A DNA stretch of 63,320 nucleotides, the filler included, from Hyphochytrium catenoides (lineage: Eukaryota > Protista > Hyphochytriomycota): assembly GCA_900088475.1 (NCBI GenBank). It is 9 parts of 9 records of this genome, joined end to end, with 100 filler letters (N's around TTAATTAATTAA, not from the genome) between each part and the next. Parts side by side here need not be neighbours in the genome. Positions count along the whole stretch, not along the records: positions 1 to 7,568 come from FLMG01001114.1; positions 7,669 to 23,642 come from FLMG01000472.1; 7 more parts are not named here. One strand, 5' to 3'. Of the stretch, positions 1-11,700 are shown in pieces (the first letter of the stretch is position 1; each line of letters opens with the position of its first letter). The notes below the pieces were generated by a model. The model worked only from the letters and a program-made list of their open reading frames with translations. It did not search any database and was not told the DNA's origin. A program made the translations under genes and the position numbers.

Positions 1-924
1 GGTCCACGGCCAAAGCTTGTCAATCTCCACTAACATCTCTGTTCGTTTACCTTCACAGCCAGATCCTTGGCCACAGATGTCTTGTGACTCACCATCGCTA
101 GGAGCTATCTAATCTAAGTGACAGAGAGCAGAAGAAACACCGTGAGAACTGCAAAACGTAGCCACTTACAGTCTCTAGCGGTAGGCAAAGGGACAGAGAT
201 AGACGGCAATAGACGTATGGAACTGGTGATGAATAGGAAAGGAGACAGAATTCTTCGTTCTCACCTCTTCTAGTCCGCGTCTTCTTTCCTTGCAGGACTT
301 GCTTCTTCTCGTCTGTAGTTCTCTTCTTACACTAAGATGTGACTCTTTCTGATGCCTCCAAGCGCTAATAATGTTATCTTCCTGCTGATGCCATGCGGCC
401 TTGCAACTAGGAAACGAAATAGAGGAAAGACTCTCGTTGTCGTTGTTGCGAGCTGACCGGCAGTGATCTTTCTTCAAGGAGCAGAAAAAGAAGGGCGAGG
501 ACGGCAGCGGCAAAAGGAAGGGGACGCCACGGAGGGAACAGAAGAAAGAAGAGGAAGAAGAGAGAAGTGTCGGGCGGCGGTAGCAGCTGCCCCACTCCCC
601 TCTTCTTCATCCTGCCGCCCGTTTTCCTCTCGTGCTGCTGTCGTTTGTTACTGCTTGTCTTTTTCTTCTTCTGCTTCTTCCTTGTACTCCGTCTATGGCT
701 CAGCGTATCTTTTGTGGAAGAATTTCTTCCTTGGGTCTTTCCTAACCCGCCGTGTTCTTCTACTGTCCGAGTGTGATGGAGGAGGGAGAAGAGAGGGGGG
801 AGGAAGAGAATTGAAGTCAGGGAAGGGGGAAACGGAGCAGAGCGTGTGCATAAGGGGGGAGAGAGAGCGAGAGACTGAGAGAGACTGAGAGACAGAGAGA
901 CACAGAGTGACAAGACACGGAGAG

Positions 925-961
<37 letters not shown>

Positions 962-1939
962 CCAAGAAGACAGAAAGAGAACACCCCAGGAATGATCATC
1001 ACAATAAATGTAAGAACATCTGTTATCTGTTATCCTTATTCCCGATATCCGCTATGTATACCGTGTAGATCAGGGATGAGAAGTGACGGTTCAGTTCATT
1101 GGATCATTTCCCAAAGCTAATGTGACCGAGCTTGACGGCAAATAAAATGTATGGCGAAAAGCTGCTGCTTCTTATCGTCAGTCGTTATTACTCCTCTTCT
1201 TCTTCTTCTAGGAACTTCTCTTCTGCTAATGATCTAGAACTACTCCTCCTACTGTTCCTCCTCCCTCCACTATCATCCTCTCTTTGTCATCATTATCATC
1301 GCTTTTTCTTTGGTCATCAATCTGCTGCTGCTGCTTTGGTCCATCAGGTTCCTTCTGTTGTCGGCCGTCTATTCTTAACTCCCTTCTGTGACGACGACAG
1401 ACCTCGCTCGGTCGCCGGCTGTTGATTATTGAGGAGGCTGGTGCTGCTGCTGCTGCTCTGCTGGGAGGATTACCTTGTTGCGCTTACAGGTACTTCTTCT
1501 TCATCACAGCAGCTACCATCCGAGGACAACAACAACGAGGAGAAAAAAAGCAATCCTTCCACCGGCTCCTCTGTCTTGCTGCTATGATGGTGGTGGACCG
1601 TCAACAACAACATGCAACTAACCGCACCTTTCATCATCATGGGAATCGCGGGTGGTAGATGTTTGTCTTATTAGACTTTGACAACAAGAGGACAAGTGTT
1701 CTTCCGTCATCAGCTTGTTTAGCTGCTTTCTTCTTTTCTCCTGTAGAAGATGGAGCGAAAGGGCAATTGCAACCAACCAACAGCAGCAAGATTGCAACAC
1801 TACTAGTACTAATACTTTACCCTGGTTGCTCAGCAGAAGAGACAATTAAAATAGTAGTAGTGGATGGAGAGTCGCAGCAGCAGCAGAAGCAGACTAGAGA
1901 AGTCTTTCAGCATACAGCACCGAAGGGAAGAAGAAGGTG

Positions 1940-3960
1940 ACGTCGAGGCAGCAGAATGCTCTCGCATTCTTGGTGATGAGGAAGATGAACTCACCGCTTC
2001 CTCCTCGGTGGTGTCCCCGCAGCACCCGCTTCTTCCCGTCGATATCTCTCCTGCCGCCCTTAGTGGCCGGGTGATTGAGCTTCCTGATGCTCCTCCCTCG
2101 TTTTTCTCTTCCTGCCCTAGAGCTACTACTTTTCTCTCTTCCTTGTTCCTCCTCTTGTTCGTAGTATGTAGATATTTTCTTATCATCTTCTTCTTTTATA
2201 AACAGTATTCTTCTTCTCTACTCATTCCTTTGCTCGTTATAAATAGAAGGCCACTCCTCCTCCTTGTATGAAAACTCTACTTCTTCTTAGTTATAATTCA
2301 TAGTTAGTACAAGTAGTGACCGCCCAGGAGGTGATGACCTGGCCATTGAGGGCTTCGAGCTTCAGAAAGTCTGCGGCACGCCCTTCTTCGATGATGTTAA
2401 TGTCTGTGACACGGCACCCCACTGCAATATACCACCTTACTACATGGGACGGCTCAGACAGGTTACGTCGTTCCCGAGCATGCGCACAGGAGAAAAGTCG
2501 TCGTCTACACTACTGAGAAGTCGACAGAGCCAGGGTACAGTTTTCGTTCCTGGGCGTGGGAGTCCTTTGGTGGAGCCACAAAGACGGCTCATTTACTCTA
2601 CGCTGAATAAATGGCTCAGGGCCATCTTCTAACAAGTGCGGGAGTGTGGGTCTCCCCTTCTTCTACGGTTTTGTACGGCCACTGCCTACAGACCGATTTT
2701 GGTCCTCATCCATCGATGCAGTGCTGAGATGGCTTTCTACAGACTGCGTCAGCCTGTGCAGATCGAGAATGCGATCCTGGGTCAGCTTCTTGGAGCTGTT
2801 GCTGGAGGGATTCTCTCTTAGTGTCGTTGCGGGTGAACAGTCTAGCGTTTTGCTGTAGAGTAAATTAAGGTACTGTAGTAATAATAGTTGCGGTTCATGA
2901 TCACTTCACTTGTCCAAATAAAAGTTCAAGTGGCCATGCTTCTTCGGCGCTATCTTGGCCTTCCCTTCTTCAGGCCCCTTTCGGTCTGCGAGAGTTGCTG
3001 GAAATCTGAAATGGATATCTGTGGCGACCACCATGCGATAACGTTTGTCGTACAGGTGCCCGTGCCTCCCGCCGCCATTATCGGCCCATCCTCTCTCTTC
3101 TGTTCTGCGATGTCGGACGTCGGGACAGTTGCTCACGTGAGCCTTTCATTGCTCTCTCGTTCTCCCTTCTCCCGATCCCTGGATTTGGCCACCCTGATTC
3201 CCGGTCACAGCCTTCGATATGCAGCGGATCTGTCCGGTTATCAAATGCCTGGTTGAGGACCGAGAGCGCCATAAGTATCTGGCGGCTTGCAATGCCCACA
3301 GATCGACTTCCTCCCTATGGTTTGGGAGTCCGCCGGTGGGGGAGGGTCGGTCACTGTGTCGGGCTTTATCAACACCATCGGCGCAGCCCAAGCAGACCGA
3401 ACGGTCGCAGCTGATGAGCGCAATGTGCAATACTTTAGACACCGTTTGATCAGGCAAGTGTCCCTGGCTCTGCACGAGGAGGCGGCCCGAATGGTTGTTT
3501 CCCGGTTGGCCCCTTCTACGCCCTTTCTTGCTGCTTTCCACTCCTTCTTCTCCACTTTCTTGTCCTTCTTCCTTCATTCTCTTTCCTCCTCCTTCTCCTC
3601 TAGCTACGGCCGCCCGGCTTCCTCTATATTTCTCCTTTATCCTTTTATAAAAAAGGAGCATGAAGAGGTTTTTCTCTTCTCTCGCATTATCGGTGAGGAA
3701 GGTGATGATATCCCCACGTCCTCCTCGTTGTCCCCGCCGCTCGCTCCCGCTTCCTATTGATCATCCTCCCCGGCAGCCCTTAGTGGCCGGGTGATGATGG
3801 AGCTGATGCGTCTTTCCTCCTCTGTTTTTCTTTTTGGCCTACTAGTTTTCGCTCTTGTTCCTCTCCTTGTTCGTAGTACATTTGTTCATATCTTCTCTAA
3901 TAGATTGTAAAACAGTAGTCTATTAAGGCCTTAGTCAATCCTTTTTTATATTTGTAGAAA
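1940..3960 (+). mobile_element. Stack of degenerate, 5'-truncated RLE-type (CRE-like) non-LTR retrotransposon 3' ends
   Basis: Fragment A (~2310-2830) reads, across frameshifts, 'RPGGDDLAIEGF...FDDVNVCDT...EK..Y...FVP/AWESFGG'. Fragment B (~2890-3660) reads 'LRRYLGLP..CESC..MDICGDH' (zinc knuckle), 'ERHKYLAAC', 'FLPMVWESAGG', 'QVSLALHEEAARMVVSR'. These match the C-terminal restriction-like endonuclease region of CRE/R2-type elements. Two further related 3' tails lie at ~1960-2280 and ~3680-3960. No RT domain was seen. Confidence 0.75.
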
Positions 3961-4213
3961 ATTATAAATAGCTAATAAAGGGAGGTCCGCTATATAAAAT
4001 TGATAAGACAATTATTCATAAAAGTAAACACAGCAATAAAACTGTATAATCAGTAGTTCTACGAGAAACACCTCCTGCCGGGAAAAAAAGGATACAGTTT
4101 ATAGAAGCTGGCATGACAGCTACCGCACATCCCATAGACCTAGTGTCATCCTAGTCATTCGGTTACAGTACTAGGATTGTCCAGCCGTCCAGTCTCTATC
4201 GCCCGAATATCTT

Positions 4214-4350
4214 ATGGAACTAGTGTACGTGGGACCCCACAAGGAAGTGAGCGCTGACCAGTTCCCTATACAGCAGGTTCTGTACCGGACACAAAGAACC
4301 ACGCATAATAATAACATGGTCTTTTATATATTGTGGAGGAACACAAACAT
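4214..4350 (+). mobile_element. Possible chromovirus (Ty3/Gypsy) integrase C-terminal/chromodomain remnant
   Basis: 'YVGPH' resembles the GPY/F motif and is followed by 'FPIQQVLYRTQRTTHNNNMVFYILWRN', which has a chromodomain-like aromatic/hydrophobic pattern. The match is short and degenerate. Confidence 0.25.
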
Positions 4351-5214
4351 AACCAGATCAACCAATACTAATAAGGGCATGTTTATTTATAATAAACAAA
4401 GAAACGCCAAAAAGGGCTTACATCGGAGAATTCGTCAATAAATAAAGGCTACTACACAGCTGGCGTGTCTTTTTTCTACTCCCTCCCTCCCTCCGAACCT
4501 CAATCTTGATTGATGTAGAACTACTACTTGGACAGTAGTAGTGCTCTTTAATGCTTTCTAGTAGTAAGAGCTTTCTAAAAGTGGTCAATAAAAGTAGTTC
4601 TAGGAGAAAGAACGAAGGGAATGCGGTAAAGCAATAACTAAGTTGATGATGTTCTACTACTGGTATGTTAGAGAAGAAAATACGGTACAAGCTTCAGAGA
4701 GTTTCGGTGTCAGGGTTGGCTTCGCTTCTCTTCTGCTGCTGGACTCCGTCGTCTCTATTATTCGAGTCTCTATTCGCTCCTGTCCTTCCTCTATGAGGTG
4801 AATGCACCCTCTCCTCTATTCTCTGTCCGTATCAGACGGTGAAGCGCTCCTCCTCTTATGCTCAGCAAAGCACATGCGCTTCTACTAGTTCTACTACTAG
4901 GACTTACTTCGCCTTCACCACCACGCTGCAAACAATCAAGAAGGCTTGCTGCACATGCATCCTTAGCTATCCTCTCGCAGGAGGCTGCCAGCCGTTCCAT
5001 CAGTGAATCTCTTCCATCTCATTTTAATATATCTTTGCATATATATTAGTACCAGTGTCCAACCGATAGCCATAATCTATGAGAGACTCGTTTTGGCTAC
5101 CTTGAGAAGAAGGCCCCGCCCACACATTATTTTTCTCTGAAAGACAAATAAGCCCAGCAGCGAGGCCCTAGTTGCATCATCGCCCTAGAAGGGTATAATC
5201 TTGTTATCTTGTTG

Positions 5215-7228
5215 ATGGGTATGAGGAAGCAGCCGGTGTGCTGCCCTCGGGCGGCTGCGGCAAGCCATAGTCGTTGCTCATCAGCTCTAATTCTTCTGGC
5301 CATTTTCTCCGTATGGGTGCTGTGCTTGGGCCAATGTAATGGTCGTACTGGTGGTAGGAGGACGTCGTCCTCTTTTTTGCTAAGAAGGAGGGGAGATGCA
5401 CTTCCTCCCTCCTCGCCCTGGGATCCCGCCTTCTCCGCTCTTGAGAATCAAAAGAAGCAGCAATGGTCCCAGCAGGCAGCAACAGCCAGATTTGTAGACA
5501 AGAAATCTCGAAGAAAGCTTCCAGCAGCAGGGCCACCAAAACCACCACCAACCTCATCAAGGGCCGCCGCCATTGTATCAGATCTTTGGGCCACTGTGAA
5601 GTCACGGCTAGCACGTGAAAGAAAGATCATTTCCAAGCGCCTGCGATGGGGGCAAAGAAGATATCGAGAGAGTAACAGCGTCGCCGAAAAACCTGCCTCC
5701 ACGGAGGAGAAAGTGACGGTAGACGGCATCCAAGAAACGTTAGACGCCGAAGTGAACAAATTTATTGACGAAACAAAAAAGCAGATGGAAGCGCAACAAC
5801 AGAAAGCAACCACCAATAAAGAAGATGGAACCTCAGGAAGAACAGAAAATGTTGAAAGCGCAAAAAGAACAGAAGAAGATGCAAGCGCAGAACAACAAAA
5901 GATGATAAAAGCGGGAGTATAGGAAATCTTTATGAAATCTCTGTCTTCGAAACACGAGGTTCTGAAGGGCTGAGACCACATATCAAAGCTATGATCCTGA
6001 AATATATGACGGTTCTACTCGACGGTGCGCTTTATAATAAGGTAATGCAGGTGACGAAGTCACCAGCGAGCCAGACCTGGCAAAGCAGGATGCTATGGTT
6101 GTTTTAACTATCTTTCAGCTATAGATGCTCTGTTTATAGTTATTTTAGGGGAAGACTACCTACTGCTTGTACTGATGATGGCTCTGCATCTGCACTCCTC
6201 TTCATTCGTAGGACCCACCAAGTTCCTTTAAAGAGGGAAAAATATCTCCTGATGCAGACTTCACCTTGAGTACAGAGGCGAGGGAGGCCATAGGGAAGTA
6301 CATCGGAAGCGTCGCTAAGGCGGTGAAAAGACTTCAGGCCAAAAAGAAGACTGGCCTCGAGGTGCAGGAGGACGCTAAGACCCTATTCGAAGCTAAGAGG
6401 CAAATTTTCGAAAACGGGGGCGGCCCTTCACAACTACATGAGGCCTTTGCGTCCGTTCCTCTGCGACTGCGACTGGAACTGGTGATGGACGCTTTAACCA
6501 CAGGGCAGGCTGGCAGGATTATTGAGAACCCAACTGATCTGCTGAAGCTGCTGGAAGGTCAAGAGCTTGCCGGTTTTGACCCGGTAGCATCAAAGGAACT
6601 GTCGGCTCTTGTGAAAGAGATTTATGGCGGTCAGGCTTCTCTGAACCCCGTTACACGCGTCAGGGCATGGACAATGAAGAAGAAAATGTTGAAGGAGCTG
6701 CAGAAGCTCCTCCCTACCCCTCCTCCCAAATGGGCTAAATCGGCGCTTCAGAACGCTCTTATAGATGCACAGTTCACTAGTGTTAGAATGAGCTTTTCCA
6801 GCCATCCGATTGACAAACATCTACCATGGCTGTTTACTGCTTTGGCGGCTCGAGAGAGTCTTTCCGGAGAAGAGCTTGGGCTCTTTCTAGGAGCGGATCA
6901 GATAAAGGTAGAAGAAGCGTCGTCTCCAAACCCTGCCGTGGAAAGTATTCAAGACCTCGCCAGCCAAAGCAAAATTCAGCAAATTATTAAAGATATTGCC
7001 GCGGGGCAATCCTCTTGGAATCCTATCAAACGCTTCGGCGCCATGAGGCGAAAGGACATAGTGCAGAAAAGGTTAGAGCGTCTCTTCCCTTCAGACCAGC
7101 AGTCCACGGTTAAGGAAATAGTGGATCGGGCCATTGAAAAGCAGGCTTCAAAGCTTAGTGAGCAAAGGGAGCAGCAACAAGAATTTACTAGTGGCCTCAA
7201 AGAACCACCTGGATCAGCTTCATCTTGA
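5215..7228 (+). CDS. Orphan predicted secreted protein with internal ~36-aa repeat (2 exons: ~5215-5916 and 6212-7228)
   Basis: Two long non-repetitive ORFs (237 aa and 320 aa) join in phase 0 at GGA|GTATAG...TTCGTAG|GAC. Hydrophobic N-terminal segment ALILLAIFSVWVLCLGQCNG. Ends with TGA at 7228. No family recognised. Confidence 0.65.
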
Positions 7229-7568
7229 GACGAAAGGATACTTGACCTTCATCTCAGGCCACGTGCTGCGCGCGCAGTATCTAAGGGTTCACTCATTCAT
7301 TATGGGGATGATGTGATTGGGGCTCAGGCTGAAGCAGGTGGAGGTGGCTCGTGTTCAATCTTCATTTTGCGATCCTTTTTTAATAAGCTAAGATCTTGGC
7401 TAAAGGTCATGTTTGGTTGAGAAGAGAAAGGTACGAGGAAGGAGAAGAAGCAGTCTGATAGAGAAAAGGAAGCTTCCCACTTCACACTTTCAAAGATGCC
7501 CGGCACAGACTTCTCTTGCAAGACGGCGGTCGTGTATATCATCGCTCTATAGCACATGTATGATAGCT

Positions 7569-7668
7569 NNNNNNNNNNNNNNNNNNNNNNNNNNNNNNNN
7601 NNNNNNNNNNNNTTAATTAATTAANNNNNNNNNNNNNNNNNNNNNNNNNNNNNNNNNNNNNNNNNNNN
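7569..7668. other. Artificial contig linker (N44-TTAATTAATTAA-N44)
   Basis: Six-frame stop linker flanked by Ns. Identical linkers occur at 23643-23742, 25565-25664, 27580-27679, 51867-51966, 57786-57885, 58971-59070 and 61977-62076. Plain N gaps lie at ~20704-20733 and ~55134-55165. Confidence 0.98.
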
Positions 7669-8720
7669 ATATCTTTGGGGTCAAACTGCATGTCTACTTT
7701 CACGATGATCATCTTCTCCCTGTGCTTATTCCTCTTGGGTAACGTTTATGAGGTGGCAGCCGATGCTGTCGGACAAGAAGTCAAGTTGATTCCGAGAGAC
7801 AGAGTGTCAACCGCTTCAGCTTCTTGTCAACATGACATAGTGTTCCAAAAAGACGCACTCACCGAAAGTGCTAACGTGCGAAGGGCTTAAGAAATCGCTC
7901 CAAAATAAGATAGGTGTCCTTCTTGGAAGCGTTGAAGCCTGGTTCTCATTCCACATTCATCGTCACGAAGAAACTCTTGCTTGCTGATCCCTGCTCGCCT
8001 GACTGATGGCATGCAGAAAGGATCCAGAAATCAACATTATTGTCTGGAGCTCTACTTCATTGTTCTGATGAAGACATTCATTTTGAGCTTTTACTTTGAA
8101 CCCAGCAGCTTTTTAACAGTAACTGATTAATTTAAGCAGTAACTAAGGGAAGAAGTAACTTTATAAAACCAAGAATGACAAACATTTTTGCCTTTCTCGG
8201 GAATTCAGATTCCTTTTTGAGAAGCCCGATTTCCGTGGGTTCTTCAAGTCTCCATTCAGACTCCTTCAAGTCTGCGTCTGCAGTTTGAGTCTCTGAATTC
8301 TCAGAACTTTCCGTTTATTAGCCCGTTGTCGATCTGCATCTCTTCCAACCTCTAAAACTCATCGTTTCTACAGTCTTTAGGCGTTGATGGGACCAAGGGC
8401 TTCCATCCTTCGGCCTAAGACGTCAATATTAAACTCATAAGGTGACCGCCGGGGAACGGTAGGGCTTGGCCGGAGACACCCGCGTCGAGCCGTCAATGAC
8501 CTTCAAGTTCCACTCGCGGCGCAGTGGGAGACAAGGGCAGTCTGCAGTCGGGAGGAGAATTGCAGTCGGAACCTAAAGGTGGAAGACCTAGGAACCACGA
8601 AATCCGCTTGATCTTCTTTGTAGGGCATCCTTCCTAGGTGGAGAAGGGCGACCATCACACCACTACCCCATGATGCAGTGGTGACCTTCGTCGATCTTGG
8701 CTATACCACGATTCGTCAAA

Positions 8721-11700
8721 ATGGAGGACGCTGAAAGTAGCATCTTTCTGTCCTCCTTTCGTGGACATTATCCAGACCTGTGGTACGAAGTCTTCCGCAG
8801 AGGTTATCTGGTGGCTTCTCCGCAGAGCATTTCCTTGAGCGATGAAGAAGTCCCTCTTTCTCTAATTCTCACTCACGTACTGCGGCCGGCATCCCAGACT
8901 ATCGGAGACTATCGCACATTGGATGGCAAGGTGGTAGCTGTCTCTGGCAACCATATTTACACGCGGCAGGTGGTCATTGCTATCCAACATACGTTCTGTG
9001 CTTGCCGCGATCAGTTTCTCTCTCCACGTCTCCCCTCCCTCTATTCTAGCGTTAGGTCTTCTTTTAATCCTTTTTGTCGTACTCCGCACTTTTCCATTTA
9101 GTAAGCACGCAATATTCCCTCCGTTTAAGTGGCCGGGGGTTATGCATCGTTCTCTCCGGTGCCTTCTATGACTCCGACTATCCCTGCCTTCTTGCGTTTA
9201 TGCGTCTTTCTCTGAGCGTCTACCCTGACTGCTAATTCTCATACTTGCAGGGTTTTGATGCCGACCGCATTGTTCGGATACTGTTTACGGAAAGATTCCC
9301 TCTTCACAATCCTTCGGAGGGCAGGGAGGATTTTATTCACATCTTGCATATTAATCGGCCCTTGGTGGGAGGCATCGAAGCTCCTAAGGCTGAGGACGAG
9401 GTGGACAGAGCAACTATTGGAAGGTGGTAGAAATAACATTAGCCCCATTTTTTGTTACTCGGGCCCATTTCCATTCTGCTTGCCTTTACGTTGAAGTAGA
9501 CTCTAGCTCACATTTTCTGTGTCATACAAGTTTGATCTTCCTATCGTCCGTTATATTCCAACGTGCAGTCTTTGTCCTTTCGTCCTGTCACGGACCATTA
9601 ATCTTTCTCTCCAACCGTGGCCAACCACTACCTTCCTGGCTTTCCAACTGCAATCCATTCATGTGACGTACAATAAGACTTTTCTTACTTCTAGCTTCGG
9701 TCACAGCATGATTCTTACCGCTATCGTCCCCTTCCCGCGGACGTTTCCTTGTTAGGTATATGGCTATGATAAGGAGTTACCCCGCATGCGACTTGATTTT
9801 TGCCGAGTTGCATTTGTTCCTTGAATCTCTCTTCAAGTCGGAAACTCTTAACGATGCGGACTACTTGCGAGCGGAGTGCTTCAGAATGTGGGAGACGGCA
9901 GTGAATAAGCTGCTGCATGTGGGAGTTTTGGCACCAGACCTGCCTGCTGCCCAATCTTCCTCCGCTGTTTTGGCGAGACGGAGACAAAGGGCTCAATTAG
10001 AGCACGTGGTCGAGTGGCATATGATGAGCAAGGTGAGGTGCACCCTTCCCGACACCCCGCCTTATGTAGTTCTAGTGCTACCCTTATTTCGTGAATCTTG
10101 TCATCCTGCTCATTGTTGTGGACAACTAGGCCGCGAAAGTCATTATACCCTGTCTCAGAGCGAAGAATAGCGCTGCATCATCATCCTTGTGGAGAATTCT
10201 TCACTCCTTCACCGATTACTGCCCAGCGGACTTCAAAGTCCGGCCTCTCTTCCAATGTGAAGGAAGCGATGTTGCCTCAACCCTCTGTCAGTTGGGCGAG
10301 GGACAGACGCCAATGGAACAGCTGCTGGTACTCCAGCGCTGCTTGGATAGCATAAAGGAAGCCATCGAAAAAAATCTAGCCGGAAAAGGAGAAGACATGG
10401 GTAATCCTTCTCCTTACATATCTGGCTTTATGCGAACATGCACCAGCTTTACTAGCTTTTGTTCCCTTGACTTCAGCTTCAGTATCCCTACCAATACTGA
10501 CGTTTCTCTACCTCGTTGCCCCGGTTTGTGTCTTTCCTCAGCCCAGTTTCAGCTGACGACGGACGATATCCTAGACCAGTTGTTATTCATACTGGTCTTG
10601 ATCAGGAAAAAGTGGGGTCAATCAGACCCATTTCCCTTGTTGGCGTACTTAGAGTATATGGAGAGCTTTCACTTTGTGAACTCCAACAGCTCCGCCTTAG
10701 GGTATCATAGCAGCTTTCTTTATCTTCAAAGGATATGGTTTCGCTGTGAATATATGTTTTCACAGTCTCGTCTCCCGATGTTTTCTCTTCCGGTCTGTGC
10801 TTTTCTAAGGCCTTATCACTTTCTCTCACCCTGGGAACCCTGGCTCTTAGTCTATGCTATCTTGCTCCTTGCTTGTGAGTGCATTGGCCTCCACTATCTG
10901 GGGTCTAGTCCCAAGTGCTTTCTACGTATCCTGCTGACTTGCGTTGTACTCTTGAGTTATTTTCTAAGACATTGTCCTTTGCTGTCACACTCCATATCTG
11001 GGAATAACCAGTTTCACCATCGCAACGTTCCGAATTGCGGCAGAGTGGTTTCTTCAGGTTGAGCGTGGTGGCCAACGGCCTCATTCTCTTATACACTCAG
11101 CGCTTGAAGATAACATTAGGGACGTGACAGCCTCGCTTCCCTCGTCTGCGGCCCCGTCCTCCCCTGTCTCGCCCTCCATGTCATTTCGCCAACTCGGCAT
11201 GAGAGCTGGGAAAAGGCTTGCGGTAATGACGGTTGACAACAAAGAGCCTTCTCTTGAGACAACAGAGGAAAAGCAGGCAGGAAGTAGTAGTGCTGAGGTG
11301 CCCATCTCCTCTTTGCATACGATGGATTTCGGCTTTGGGGTGCTAGATACCCGTCTTGCTGAAGCTCAGGGTCTACTTCACATCATATCCGGTAGGCAGT
11401 CCTCGTTGCAAATTGAACTGTGCCGCCGTACCAACCCTTTAATATCCTTGATGTCCGGTAAAACCCCCATCTTACTGGATTGCGAAGTCACCACACCGCC
11501 TTTTTTAGGCCTAAGACATCAAGCGTTCGTCCATCTTCACCTTGTAACGTCAGCTAGAGTTACACTTCTGGCCAGAGTCGATAGTCTTCGCTAACGCTGT
11601 GCTGTTCCTCTCCTCTTTATTGACTATCCTGTTTGACTCGTGGGCTGGGTTGCAGATGATGGGTCATACTATAACCTAGACTGGCCAGGAGGCATTCAAA

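Noticed and set aside
430-965. Alternative genetic code (TAA/TAG = Gln) suggested by in-frame stops
   Set aside because: Conserved genes have long exons with no in-frame TAR, and the SDR ends at TAG immediately after its family-typical terminal Trp. These stops are better explained by decay.
6051-6097. Extra micro-exon or non-canonical GA donor in the orphan secreted gene
   Set aside because: A canonical phase-0 GT-AG join (5916 to 6212) already explains the gene, and the other introns checked are GT-AG.
7613-7624. TTAATTAATTAA palindromes repeated eight times
   Set aside because: Artificial scaffolding linker, always centred in 100-nt N blocks. Not biological.
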